A stretch of DNA of 64,000 bases from Octopus vulgaris (Eukaryota), in NCBI GenBank assembly GCA_951406725.2, contig OX597840.1, forward strand, positions 17,856,001 through 17,920,000, given 5' to 3'. Below the pieces are notes generated by a model, which did not search any database, was not told the origin of the DNA, and was given only the letters and a program-made list of their open reading frames with translations. Made by a program: the position numbers and the translations under genes. Shown one piece after another: positions 25,593 through 38,787 of the stretch; within the stretch, counting starts at the first letter, position 1, and every line of letters begins with the position of its first letter.

Positions 25593-26472
25593 CCATGGAA
25601 GGTATGAGGGAGTGGACTGATATCAATAGAAGGCTGCATGGAGACGACAGAATATGATACAGAAGAGTATGTGAGAAAGAGCAAAGAAAAAATCTGATAT
25701 CAGCTGCGGAGGAGAGGAGAAGGAATCAGTGAAGACAGCGAAAGGAATGGAAAAGAGAAAAAGAAGGAGACAGGAGCAAGAAAGAAACATGCTGCATGGT
25801 CAGCATTTCAAACAAATCCAGGTCTTGCAACAGATGAATCTTGGTTTTGGTTGAAGAGTAGAGAACTTAAGAAAGAACCAGGACTCATTATGGCTACTCA
25901 AATCTAGTAATTACGAATGAATGTCATTAAGGGAAGAATAGACAGAAGTATGGAAAGTGCCAAGTGCAGAATGTGTTTGGGAGAAAGATGATCCTGTTGT
26001 GTGTATAAGTTGTTGTAGGTGCTTGGTACATAAGGAGTATAGATGCAGACGTGACTGTGTAGCCATCTCCATGCAGTCTTCTATCTTTGTCAGTCCTCTC
26101 CCTCCCTCATACTGTGGCATTGCTATCATTATTGGGGTATATTACAGTAAGAAGGTTTGAAGCTAGCAGAAATTGGTACCAACACCAACTGGAGACTGTG
26201 ACAACTTGAGGTATTATGGGACATTATTGTACAGATTGACCATGGCAATCCAAACAATATAACTACGTATAAATGCAGTGGTCAAAGAACAGAAGAGAAA
26301 AAGAAAAGGAAAATATCAGGAGCTGGTTAGAGAAATGCCAAGTCTATAGAGGGTTTCTGTGAAAGTAGACCCTATAGTTATAAATACCCTCGGTACGTTA
26401 CCAACGTACTGGATAGTTTTGTTATTGGAATCAATATAACTACAAATAATACAGAAATCTGCATTAATAAAT
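25593..26472 (+). pseudogene. R4/Dong-like non-LTR retrotransposon 3' fragment
   Basis: LHGQH, SWFWLK..LKKE.GLIMA.Q, KCRMC..ISCCRCL..KEY..R.D.VA zinc-knuckle/REL-like region; abuts (TAA)n. Confidence 0.72.
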
Positions 26473-27089
26473 GGCAGTGCCACAGCATGGCCACAGCTCG
26501 TGAGCTGAAACTAGATGAAATAAAAAAAAATATGGAAATCTGCTCAATTAGGAACAATAAGGGTTGTTTGCTAAAAAAGTGCTCAATATTTAAGGAAACT
26601 GGTTCTAACCAAGTATTAAGGACACTGATTCCAAATGTGACACATTCCTGCATACTATATTCATTTATCTTTCATCTTTTACTTGTTTCAGTCATTAGAC
26701 TTTGGCCATGCTGGAGCACCACCTTGAAAAAGTTTTGTGTGTGTAAAAATGAATTATAATAAATATTGTGAACATGAATAGACTTGGACTTCAAGTTTCG
26801 CTTATTGGATTGTGTAACCAGTGCCTGGAGAAGCTGACAGCTGAAACTCGAAGTCCCAGTCAACATGATCTTTAAATAGTTATATGCACACACACACACA
26901 CACAAACACACACGCAAATATATAGAGATTATACATGGACTGTTAAGCTTATAATGTAGTAAGTCTTAGTACATTCTTTGACTTAGTACATACTTTGACT
27001 TATTCTGCAACTAACTAAACAACTCGTCAGTGTTTCATCAAAATCACAGATATATGGTGATTGTCATAACAGTCTGTTGCTTTTGATGT

Positions 27090-27405
27090 GCATGTCAAGT
27101 AAGATGGAGAATCAAAGTGACAGAGAGATAGGTCCCACCAAGCTAGCTTTCTATCTCTTTTCTCAGTGTCCATGCTGATGAGCTGTAAAGAAGAAATGAT
27201 CCTACTATCACTCTGAAGAATTGCTTTTTCATCCGGACAAGCAATGTAAACTTCCAAATTATTCTTAATATGTCCAATGCACTCTATGCCTTTGATAAGC
27301 GGATTGGTACACCTTTTTTGGTGGATGTGATATTACTCTTGAGATAAGTGAAGCATTCGACTTTCTTCAGATGTGTACCGCTCAACAATTTGAATGAAAC
27401 CCTTC
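27090..27405 (-). pseudogene. LINE (RTE-X-like) post-RT fragment
   Basis: LKKVECFTYLKSNITSTKKGVPIRLSKA..LDILRIIWK resembles the F.YLGS.I...DI..R..KAW....L..IW motif. Confidence 0.62.
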
Positions 27406-28157
27406 TCATATGTGTGTGTGTGTGTGTGTGTACACACACATATATATATATAGATAGATGGATAGATAGATAGACAGATAAATAGATAGATAGATATGTG
27501 TGTGGGGGGGGGGGCATATATGAAAACAGCTGTTGTCAACATTGAACTAATTAAAAAGTACAAACATTAAATAAAAATAAACGAGAACACAAACAACAAC
27601 AACATCGACAGCAACAACATCAACAGCTACAAATAACCATGAAGACTTCCCTAGAGTTTTTTTAATCAATCCTCTCTCGGTAACCTTTCTGCTTCAAAGA
27701 AATCCTTCTGACCCTAATTTCGAATTTCATCACCAACCCACAGAAACAGAAAGGGAAGGGAGTGGGTGAGTGAGTGCAGTTTCCATTGATTTTTTTGATT
27801 TTATTATGTTTTTTTTTTTTTATTTTGCGGGGATAAAATATTTGAAATTTTTTTACTGTAAGATTTCATAAACTGTTTTTAAAAACGTCGTCTGCGTGGC
27901 ACAAGTATTTCACTTGGGAAATTATTGTGATTGATGGAAATATCAAATAATCAATTAATTATCACTTCCTTTCCAGGTTGACAATGACGTCATATGAAGT
28001 GATTTGAACTGATCTCCCCTGCCCCAACCCCCTAATAATCAATAGTTATTCCCCAAGTAGGTATGGTTCTCCCCCACTTGTTTTGGATTGCCGTAGTCTA
28101 CTTCTTTGTTTGTCTCAAACACTAAAAAAAAACCTTCTCAAAGTTATCTCTTCAGAT

Positions 28158-28320
28158 AGGCACAGGTGTGGTTGTGTGATAAGAAGCTTGCTTCCCAACT
28201 ACGTGGTTCTGGGTTCAGTCCCACTGCATGGCACCTTGGCCAAGTGTCTTCTGCTATAGTCTCAGCCTGACCAGAGCTTGTGAGTGGATATGGTAGACGG
28301 AAACTGAAAGAAGCCCATCA
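28158..28320 (+). mobile_element. SINE family A 5' half
   Basis: Head through gaaagaagcccatc. Confidence 0.82.
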
Positions 28321-28399
28321 TAGCAACCACAAACTGTATGTGTCTATTAACCTCCAACAATAAAGAGTAATCACCATATATTATTCCATAATGGCTACC

Positions 28400-28687
28400 T
28401 CTGATAAACATGGGTATTTCGTTCAACATCCTTAAGCAACCCTTATTCAGGGACCTTTTGAGTGGGATGGGTGACTCGACCAGAGGAAAATTCTCACTGG
28501 GCCCCACCTACAAGGTCATGTGTTGTTTATCTTGATATGAGCTCACCATGTTGCGCACATATGGTTATGATGCATGCGCCTAGTATACCCTTATCAGACA
28601 AGTAGTCATGATGGGTATACTGGGTTTTGTATATTTTACCCCAGTGTCACTTTGATGGCATGCACTGCTTTCTCACTCAATAATAAT
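28400..28687 (+). mobile_element. 3' part of an (AAT)n-tailed non-autonomous retroelement
   Basis: Ends ctcactc-aataataat; its start (aaacatgg) matches the end of the 63558-63850 segment. Confidence 0.4.
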
Positions 28688-29650
28688 GTTTTGTTGCCAC
28701 TTTCACCCTCTGCAAAAAAATCCCAAATTTTATTTAATTTGCTTTGCGGGAAGGACTGTTTCAATGAAGTCGCGTATTATCCTTACCTTCGAAACTCGGA
28801 GTAGACGAAACAGGGAACAACTGACGAAGGGAAATACTCTTTAAGTTGCATGTCTCGTTTCTCTGTTTGCTTTTTAAGTTGTTTGAAAGAAAGTTCATAT
28901 TCTATGTTTTCGTTTTTATGTTTTCATTTCTCATTGTGTTCAACGTTTTTTTGATGTCCTGTACCCATATATGCATGTATATATACATATAGATGTAGGT
29001 ATGTACATATATGTATGTATATATGCATATATTTATATATTATTTATATGCTATATATATATATATATGTGTGTGTGTGTATGCATGTATGAATGTATGT
29101 GTGTATATTGTTTACACACACACTCCTGTATCTCTTATATCTACTGGATTTTCACATCCTGAGTTCTCGGGTGGTAGGGTGAGGAGAAAGGTGGTTGGGT
29201 TAATGACAGCAATGCTGATGGTGATATACTGGTGGTGGTGGTGATGATAATGGTGATGATGATGATGATGATAGTGGTGGGGTGGTGGTGGTGGTGGTGG
29301 TGGTGGTAGTGGTGATAATGAGGTCATTGATTGGATATTGGTGTATCTAACTTCCTGTTTTTTCATTGCCCTTCCGCTCTGTATTGTAATCATCATCATC
29401 ATCATCATCATTATCAGCAGCAGCAGCATTATAGCTATCCGGCTGAGATCCATTGGGCTCAGTTAAAGGAGCAGATGTTGGGATGCTACTTTCAAAGTCT
29501 GCTTGGACTGGCAAAAAGGCTGCAGCAGGAGCAGTGGTGGTGGTCGTCGTCGGCGTCGTAGTAGTAGTAGTGGTGGTGGTGGTGGTGGTGGTGTTGAGAA
29601 TGTAGCTTGTTAGAAAATCTCCAGTATAGATGAAAGCAGTAACTATACTG

Positions 29651-29942
29651 AGAAGTGATGTCTGTCACCACTTCACCATAGCTATTCCGTATGATCCAAC
29701 ATTACTTCCATTTTTTAACCCCCAAAAGGACACCTCCTCCAGCTGGTTATCAATGCAATCTGCATCTGATATATATTGCAAGCTAGAAGATGGTAGGGGT
29801 TCGGTCCCCTGCTTGCTATATATATCAGGTGCAGATTGCATTGATAAGCAGTTAGAGAAGGTGTCCTCTTGGGGTTAAAAAATAGTAGTAACATTGGTTC
29901 GTATGGAACAGCCATGTTGAAGAGGCGACAAACATTACTTCT
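29651..29942. mobile_element. Foldback/MITE with ~132-bp inverted arms (29651-29783 / 29811-29942)
   Basis: Arms clearly complementary with scattered mismatches; related copy at 53227-53440. Confidence 0.8.
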
Positions 29943-30024
29943 TAAAGGAGAATATCCTGTCCAAAATTAAAAGTATTTTCAAAAATGAAAAAATATCAAC
30001 TTGATCATAGCAGGGAGAAGACTA

Positions 30025-30640
30025 AAAGCTCTCAGCTTCCCCCACAGCCCCAAGATGGCTCCAGAACCTGGCACATACGTTCTTTATTGTGTGCCTGGGA
30101 ACATCCCCTGGATCTTGGCCAACAGCTCAGCCTTCATGCCGCAAGCAGAGCAGTTGCTGTTTTTCTTAACCCTGCCACATACACAGTAATCCATAGGGTT
30201 ACAAATGTAGAGAAGATGAGGGGGCCATTAATTGTGGGGCTGGCAAACTTGTAGAAATTCTCCAGCAATTACTTCTTTTTCCAGAGACATGTCAAGGAAT
30301 CGAATCCTGTGGCCACACATATGGCCTTCCAACAAGAATCCTCTCCAGCCACGATTTCACCACAGTCTCCATCAGCTTCACATAGCTGTCTGAATTGAGT
30401 ATAAAGTCTTATTCCAAGATGCAGGGATGAATTCTGGTATGTGGATGCAACCAGAATGCCTGCTGTGTCACTTCCTGCTGTGTCACAGTTCCATAGTCTC
30501 CGTTGTAGATGTCTATGTCATGTCTTAGTTTTTACAGTGTTCACAGAGCATTGAGTAATAGCAATGATATCAGCATTTTGATTCCTGGTACAATTCATCA
30601 TGATACTGGTAACTCTTTTCCTATATTCAGATGACCTCTA
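30025..30640 (-). pseudogene. Tc1/mariner-superfamily (maT/DD37D-like) transposase remnant
   Basis: LNSDSYVKLMETVVKSWLERILVGRPYVWPQDS..H, WPP....NPMDYCV; frameshifted. Confidence 0.75.
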
Positions 30641-31824
30641 GTCCTCCATGTGAGTTAAATTTTTTCTCAACTACAACCTTAATTTTAATGATCTCCAATG
30701 CTGTTGATTGTTCACCAATACATAAAGCTGTTCTTGAAGAAAGGTGACGTAGGAAAAGATCATCAAATTTCAGCCCAAAGACCCTGAAGACCATTGAGTT
30801 TTAAACATTACAGATCATGTTTTCTTATAAACCAGATAAATTTGGAGAGGCTTATGGAGAATTTTCTGTCAGGTTATTAGGATGTATTTATATGTTGATA
30901 AAATTTTAAAACAATACTGAGTCAAGTCCTGAGGGTAATATCAAAGTATGGCTGTACTTTATCATAACAGTTTAGAGTTTTCAAAAGACAATTGTTGGGT
31001 GGGTGGAGCAATTTCTTGGGATTACGTAGTTGCATGTAAAAGGAAAGCACTATTCTATTAGTGTTGAATACACACACACACACACACACACATACACACA
31101 CACACACACATACACACACACACACATACACACACACACACACTCTACAGTGAGGCTTTGTAGAATTAAATTAAGTTTTGTGTTTCGATGAAACTTAAGT
31201 AAATGTCTGTGAAGTCATAACTTCAATAATGATAATAATAATACAAATTATTTGACACATGGAGTACTTTAATGTCTCATTCGTAAGTTCAAACACACTT
31301 CCATTTATTTACCTACATAATCACATACACATACATACATATAAGCAGACAAACATACACACATGCATATGTATATATATATATTTGTGTGTATGTGCAT
31401 ATATACATATATATATATGTGTATATATATAATATATATATATGTGTATATATATATATATATATATTATGTGTGTATATGTGTGTACATATTTTAGTAT
31501 GCATCTGTGTCTATACACACACACACACACACACACATACATACATGATGATAAAAGCATTATCAGAAGTCTCATTATCATTACCCCCATCATCATTATC
31601 ATTAGCATCATCATCACCATCATCGTCGCTGTTGTTGGCGTCTTCCTCAGCACCATTGCCTCTAATCGTCTTCACCATCACCAACACCACCACCAACACC
31701 ACCACCACCACCACCACCACCATCATCATCATCAACATCATTATTGTTGATGTTTTCTACTAATCAAGGATATCAACTTCAACATTGACTATCATGAAAT
31801 CATCATTATCATCGTCATCATCAA

Positions 31825-31855
<31 letters not shown>

Positions 31856-32065
31856 GTCATTATCGTCATCATCATCATCAGTGCCTTTGTCGTTGTTGTC
31901 GTTGTCGTTATCAACAATGACAACAACAGCATTAACTGTAATCATTAAGAAGGAGAACAAGAACATGTGGAGTAGATTACAAAGAGAAAGAAGGAAAATA
32001 TTTGAGTTGTCTTGTAGACATATCAGATCTCTGGTGTATGTCTGTGCGTTGATGTATGTGTATAT

Positions 32066-32107
<42 letters not shown>

Positions 32108-32167
32108 ACAGCCTAAACAGGTGTTAGTTCTGAGAGCTCATTTGTCTTGTGTTTAGGAAAAACAAAA

Positions 32168-32207
<40 letters not shown>

Positions 32208-32306
32208 TGTGTGTGTGTGTGTGTGTGTAAATGAAAACTTGTTCATGAATGAAACAGGAAGCTAGTATGTCAGTGTGTGTATATATATATAATATTTGTG
32301 TGTGTG

Positions 32307-32340
<34 letters not shown>

Positions 32341-32517
32341 CACACACACACATATATATATATATATACATACACACGTATATACATATATTATACTTAT
32401 GTGTACATGCATATATGTATATATGTGTATATATGCATACATACACACACACACACACACACAAACATTTCTACATTCATGCTTATGCACATATATATAT
32501 ATATATATGTGTGTATG

Positions 32518-32565
<48 letters not shown>

Positions 32566-32636
32566 CATACACACATATATATATATATATACATACATAC
32601 ATACACACATATATATATATATATACATACATACAT

Positions 32637-32668
<32 letters not shown>

Positions 32669-32830
32669 GGAGTGGCTGTGTGGTAAGTAGCTTGCTTACC
32701 AACCATATGGTTCTGGGTTCAGTCCTACAGCATGTCACCTTGGGTAAGTGTCTTCTACTATAGCTTCGGGCTGGCCAAAGCTTTGTGAGTGGATTTGGTA
32801 GATGGAAACCGAAAGAAGCCCTTCATGTAT
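32669..32830 (+). mobile_element. SINE family A 5' half
   Basis: Head consensus. Confidence 0.85.
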
Positions 32831-32962
32831 ATGTGTGTGTGCGTGAGTGTGTGTGTACAGTGACCTACTTAACTCCCAGCATGTAAACTTACAAGAAAAT
32901 ATGCGCCACATTCAAACCCTTTAGGATGTTATAGAGATCAAAACAATTACCACCACCACCAC

Positions 32963-32963
<1 letters not shown>

Positions 32964-33046
<83 letters not shown>
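32964..33046. repeat. (AGT)n microsatellite
   Basis: Direct inspection. Confidence 0.97.
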
Positions 33047-33482
33047 TTGGTATAAAAATTCATGATAGGAGCGTTAAAACAGAGGTTGGTGGCATTTTGG
33101 CATTTCTGAAAGATTTTGCAGACTGATGTCAGGAAAGAGCCATGTGTTGTTGTTGTTATGGTTGTGGTGGTGGTGGTGGGGGTTGTGGTGGTGGTGGTGG
33201 TGGTTGCCTCTCCTACTTCTGTTCTTGTTGGTGTTGTAGTAGTCTTTTGTTCTTGCAGCTCTTGCCTTTGCTGCTGCTGCTGTTGTTGTTGTTGTTGTTG
33301 TTGTTACTATTGTTGTTGTTCTTGTTGATGTTGTTGCTGTTTATTGGTGTGGTAGCAGATCAACATCATCATTATCACCATCAAGGGCTTTGCTCAAGAA
33401 TACAACACATCAACCGGTCTAGGAATTGAAACCACAATCTCATGACTGTGAATACAAAACCCTAAACACTTGGACATATATA

Positions 33483-33838
33483 GGTGCAGGAGTGGCAGTG
33501 TGGTAAGTAGCTTGTTTACCAACCACATGGTTCCGGGTTCAGTCCCACTGCATGTCACCTTGAGCAAGTGTCTTTTACTGTAGCCTTGGGCCGACCAAAG
33601 CCTTGTGAGTGGATTTGGTAGACAGAAACTGAAAGAAGCCTGTCGTATATATGTATGTATGTATGTATGTATGTGTGTGTGTGTATATGTTTGTTTGTGT
33701 GTTTACGTCCCCGTAACTTAGCAGTTCGGCAAAAGAGAATGATAGACTAAGTACTAGGCTTACAAAGAATATATCCTGGGGTCGATTTCCTCCAGCATGG
33801 CCCAGTTAAATGACTGAAACAAGTAAAAGAGTAAAGAA
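33483..33838 (+). mobile_element. SINE family A with internal deletions
   Basis: Head and tail consensus. Confidence 0.88.
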
Positions 33839-34574
33839 TATACATATATATAAATGTGTGTATGTGTGTGTGTGTGTATGTTAAATAAAATGAGACTATA
33901 TATATATATATATATATCTTTTCTTTGGTTGTCATTTGACTAAGGCTACAGGAACACCTACCTACATACACACCTAATACATGCACACACATACAAAATT
34001 ACATACATACCACATAGACTTACATACTTACATATGAATGCATGAATACATGCACACACATATAAAGATACATATATAATACACGTACATACATATATTT
34101 GCATGCATGCACACATACAGACATATACACACACATGTGCATTCGCATACACATACACAAATATATACACAATCACACACACACACACACATGCACAAAT
34201 ACACACACACACTCAGATTCTACTTAAGAACTGCATTAAATGTTCATGGAATACTCAGCCAGTTTGTACAACAATTTAATAAATAGGTCATCGCTCCATT
34301 AATGCAATAACTGGACACACATACACTGCCCCCTGCAGGACAATAACAATTGGCCCATGCTGTGTATAAAGCCCCCCCCCCCCCCCCCGAAGCAGACAGC
34401 ATGTATTAATACAATGGATTGTCAACAAAAGGCCAAATCACTCTGGGCCGACGGGCAACAGATTTCTTGTGTTTATTTAAAGCATTAACCAAGTTATATA
34501 ATATCCCAGTATCCGTTTCATGGCCACAGTTTCACTGGATATGGAAGAATAATGGGGTTGGGAAACAAGAGAGC

Positions 34575-34614
<40 letters not shown>

Positions 34615-34852
34615 GTGTGTGTGTGTACATATATATACAAATATGTGTGTATATATGCATATATGTGAGTAGATATGTGTGTGTGTGTATGTGTTTATAT
34701 GTCTATATTTATATATATACACATAAATATATATATATACATAAATATATATATACACGCACACACACCCATTTGTATTTATATATTACATACCATATAT
34801 ATACACATACACACACATACAAGCATACATCTATATATGTGTGTATGTACAT

Positions 34853-34890
<38 letters not shown>

Positions 34891-34964
34891 ATATATATAT
34901 ACACATATACATACATATATATATGCATATGCATATCCATCCATTCCATACATACATACATGCA

Positions 34965-35005
<41 letters not shown>

Positions 35006-36035
35006 ATAGTGCAGCAAGAAATATTTTAAATTTATATAATTTCTTTTGATTTACATTGTACTGTGCATAAAACAAAAACCTTTTAATTAATGACAAGCTG
35101 TCAGAAGCATGAATATGAAAATTAGGTTATCCACTACAATGCTAGTCTAATTTATGACTTCTTCATGGCAGCTTATCTTTGCTACTAAAGAAGTAAGTGT
35201 GGTATATTTACTCTCAGAAGCAGTTAATACACTATGAAACAACCTACCAGGAGGCTCCCACTTTTTTTTCTTCAGACTAGTAGCACAGAAGAATGTATTT
35301 ACATTTTTATTTAACCCACATTGAGGCTTTGTAAGATTTTAATTTATTTCAGTTTTCCAGATTTAGGCTGTGCTGTGTGTAAAACTGGTATTGTCTAACA
35401 ATAGGAAGTATTAAAGAAAGAAAGTAGTGAATAATGAAAATATTTTGTAAAAGTGTTTATCATTTATATCTGCCTACACGGACACATACACGCTCTTCAA
35501 ACTTTTTATTCTATAACAAAAGGCAGGAATTAGTTTGTTTTTGTGTTAGTAAATTTAATGCATTCGGAGTTACAATCATGGCATGTCATTTAGCATATTC
35601 ACGTGTCACATACACAAACACATAAAGGTTAAAAGACACAGGAAGGTGTACATGACTAATACCAGACTATTAGTCACTCACTGAATATTTTTCATTGAAT
35701 TTCTTTCATTAAATTGACATTTTTATATTCACTGGAAATGATTTAATAAATTTCAGTCTGTGTAGGCATGGCTGAATTTGTAGTCTACCTTTAGGGCTCG
35801 ACAAACAGTTTAGATATTTATTTTTCTGGGATTGATTGAGTAATGTAGACATAACTAATGAGACCACCATAAAGGCTGAACATTGATTAAAACTGCTGTC
35901 ATTTTCTTTTTCTTTTTATCTACAGAGAAATTGTTAAGTTGCTATGTTTGTACATCTACTTCATTGGTTTACATATCATATGTTGATACAGTGTGAACTG
36001 GCCTCTCCGATGACATGCCCCTGATATAAAATGAA

Positions 36036-36287
36036 GGTAGCGAGCTGGCAGAATCATGCCCACACTGGACAAAATGCTTAGTGGCATTTTGTCCATTTTT
36101 ACATTCTCTTTTACTTGTTTCCGTCATTTGACTGTGGCCATGCTGGGGCACCGCCTTTAGTCAAGCAAATCAACACCAGGACTTATTCCTTGTAAGCCTA
36201 GTACTTATTCTATTGGTCTCTTTTGCCGAACCGCTAAGTTACGGGGATGTAAACACACCAGCATACACACACACACAAACATACACA

Positions 36288-36353
<66 letters not shown>

Positions 36354-36648
36354 TATATACGACTGGCTTCTTTCAGTTTCCATCTACCAAATCCACTCAC
36401 AGGGCTTTGGTCGGGCCAAGGCTATAGTAGAAGACACTTGCCCAAGGTGCCACGTAGTGGGAATGAGCCCAGGACCATGTGATTGGTAAACAAGCTACTT
36501 ACCACACAGCCACTCCTATTCTGAGTTCAAATTCCACTGAAGTCAACTTCATTCTTGCCTTTCATCATTTGAACACAGGAGTCAATGTAATCAACTAACC
36601 CATTCCTCCAAAATTGTAGGCCTTGCACCTGTAGTGAGAGAGGATATC
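36036..36648 (+). mobile_element. SINE family B interrupted by a family A SINE
   Basis: Head 36036-36104 ends cattct and resumes ttctgagttcaaattcc at ~36519. Confidence 0.75.
36105..36518 (-). mobile_element. SINE family A nested in family B
   Basis: Reverse complement of the consensus. Confidence 0.88.
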
Positions 36649-36801
36649 AAATAAGATGTTTGATTGGATGCTTATTTCTTTGGGATTGGACAAGTGATGT
36701 AGATAATATGGCAGTTCATCATTTCTTCGGTCTACAGAGAAATAGTTAAATTTGTCAATCTTGTTTTCCCACAACATAGATTTACACATATATATATATC
36801 A

Positions 36802-36949
36802 ATCGAAGTGTACAGTATTATATTTCCATTATGGCTGATTTTACCAAACAGTTTTGCACTAGGGGTTCAATGGAGTGCTAGGTAACAGTCCAATTATGTA
36901 ACCTTGGACTCTTCAGAGGTAGCTGTTATGGAATGAAATATGGTGACTG

Positions 36950-36950
<1 letters not shown>
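36802..36950 (-). mobile_element. Short repeat with HHR-like core (copy 1; copy 2 at 56800-56938)
   Basis: TACCT-CTGAAGA-GTCCA...GTGC-AAAAC-TGTT-TGGTA; homologous to copy 2. Confidence 0.5.
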
Positions 36951-36987
<37 letters not shown>

Positions 36988-37010
36988 ACACACACACATA
37001 CTGCCATATA

Positions 37011-37347
37011 TCATCATCATCATCATCATCATCATCGTTTAACGTCTGCTTTCCATGCTGGCATGGGTTGGACAATTTGACTGAGGACTGGCGAACCAGA
37101 TGGCAGCACCAGGCTCCAATCTAATCTGGCAGTGTTTCTACAGCTGGATGCCCTTCCTAACACCAACCACTCCAATAGTGTAGTGGGTGCTTTTACGAGC
37201 CACTGGCACGAGGGCCAGTCGGGTGGTACTGGCAATAGCCACGCTCAAATGGTGTTTTTCACGTGCCACCTGCACAGGAGCCAGTCCAGCAGCACTGGCA
37301 ATGACCTCGCTTGAATGTTTTTTCACCTGCCAGTAAGGCGACGCTGA
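37011..37347 (-). mobile_element. RTE-type LINE 3' end
   Basis: (CAT)n tail and shared 3' UTR. Confidence 0.82.
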
Positions 37348-37660
37348 TATATATAAATATATATATATATATATATTCACACAGACACACATACATATAC
37401 ATATGTGGGGTGGGGGAGGTGGGGACTAAATGAATGTTTGCTTTATGTCTAGTTAAGTTATAAGGAAGAGGCAAATATTATTTCGAAAGATAACTCAACA
37501 GTAGTTTGTCACATGCTTTCTATTTTTCTATGAAAAAGTTGATAGTGATTTTGAAGTTTTGGCTGACTCACCTTTGTGAGACTAGTGCATGCATATAGCT
37601 GTATATGAGTCTGTATGTGTGTGTATGTATACAGCTGTACATACATATAGAAATACATAC

Positions 37661-37692
<32 letters not shown>

Positions 37693-37812
37693 TAACAATT
37701 AAGGAACGGCCATAATAGGCCATTCACCCACTAGAAATAACAGCCAAAGCTTCTACCGCAAATAAAGATTAATTCCGTAAACAGGAGAAAATTAAAAAAA
37801 CATTTACCCTGT

Positions 37813-37921
37813 TATTTCTTGTACGGTATACCGTTTCATCTGCTGTTTAATGGTAAACTAACCTGATTAAATTAAATCAAGCCAATCTTCCATAAGCCCT
37901 CAGATTCTTCAGCAAGAAATA
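37813..37921 (-). ncRNA. Type I hammerhead ribozyme with extended stem II
   Basis: Reverse complement of 38458-38566. Confidence 0.85.
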
Positions 37922-38457
37922 GCTCAAGTCGGAACAGATATTTACACGAGGCATACCCAATCCTGCCAAGGCAATATCTGACCTAAAATTTTCAAATCGT
38001 CGCACTCGCGCCAAATTTATCGGCAGCAAATAAATCGTCGATTCCATTACGGAATTAACCAAAAAATTCATAATTAATCAATATAGGGTGGCAAGGAAAA
38101 TTTTGTAGAATTTTTTTGCCACCAGCGGCCCAGTGGGAAAAAATTAAATAGTCATAGACCATTTTTAAGTTCAACATTAACAATTAAGGAACGGCCATAA
38201 TAGGCCATTCACCCACTAGAAATAACAGCCAAAGCTTCTACCGCAAATAAAGATTAATTCCGTAAACAGGAGAAAATTAAAAAAACATTTACCCTGTTAT
38301 TTCTTGTACGGTATACCGTTTCATCTGCTGTTTAATGGTAAACATTTATTTGCTGCCGATAAATTTGGCGCGAGTGCGACGATTTGAAAATTTTAGGTCA
38401 GATATTGCCTTGGCAGGATTGGGTATGCCTCGTGTAAATATCTGTTCCGACTTGAGC

Positions 38458-38566
38458 TATTTCTTGCTGAAGAATCTGAGGGCTTATGGAAGATTGGCTT
38501 GATTTAATTTAATCAGGTTAGTTTACCATTAAACAGCAGATGAAACGGTATACCGTACAAGAAATA
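38458..38566 (+). ncRNA. Type I hammerhead ribozyme with extended stem II
   Basis: TATTTCTTG-CTGAAGA-ATCTG-(58 nt)-CAGAT-GAAAC-GGTATACC-GTA-CAAGAAATA: 9-bp stem I, 5-bp stem II, palindromic stem III ACGGTATACCGT; predicted cleavage after 38557. Confidence 0.87.
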
Positions 38567-38787
38567 ACAGGGTAAATGTTTTTTTAATTTTCTCCTGTTT
38601 ACGGAATTAATCTTTATTTGCGGTAGAAGCTTTGGCTGTTATTTCTAGTGGGTGAATGGCCTATTATGGCCGTTCCTTAATTGTTAATGTTGAACTTAAA
38701 AATGGTCTATGACTATTTAATTTTTTCCCACTGGGCCGCTGGTGGCAAAAAAAATTCTACAAAATTTTCCTTGCCACCCTATATTGA

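Noticed and set aside
28740-28850. Hammerhead at ccttcGAAACtcggaGTA and CTGACGA
   Set aside because: The two half-motifs do not close matching stems; at best a PLE terminus relic
35900-36030. Exon after a strong polypyrimidine tract and tacAG
   Set aside because: Frame checked closes quickly, no donor or recognisable peptide, and it runs into a SINE
37877-38071. 64-aa ORF inside the 485-bp monomer
   Set aside because: Short, no recognisable motif, overlaps the ribozyme; chance ORF more likely
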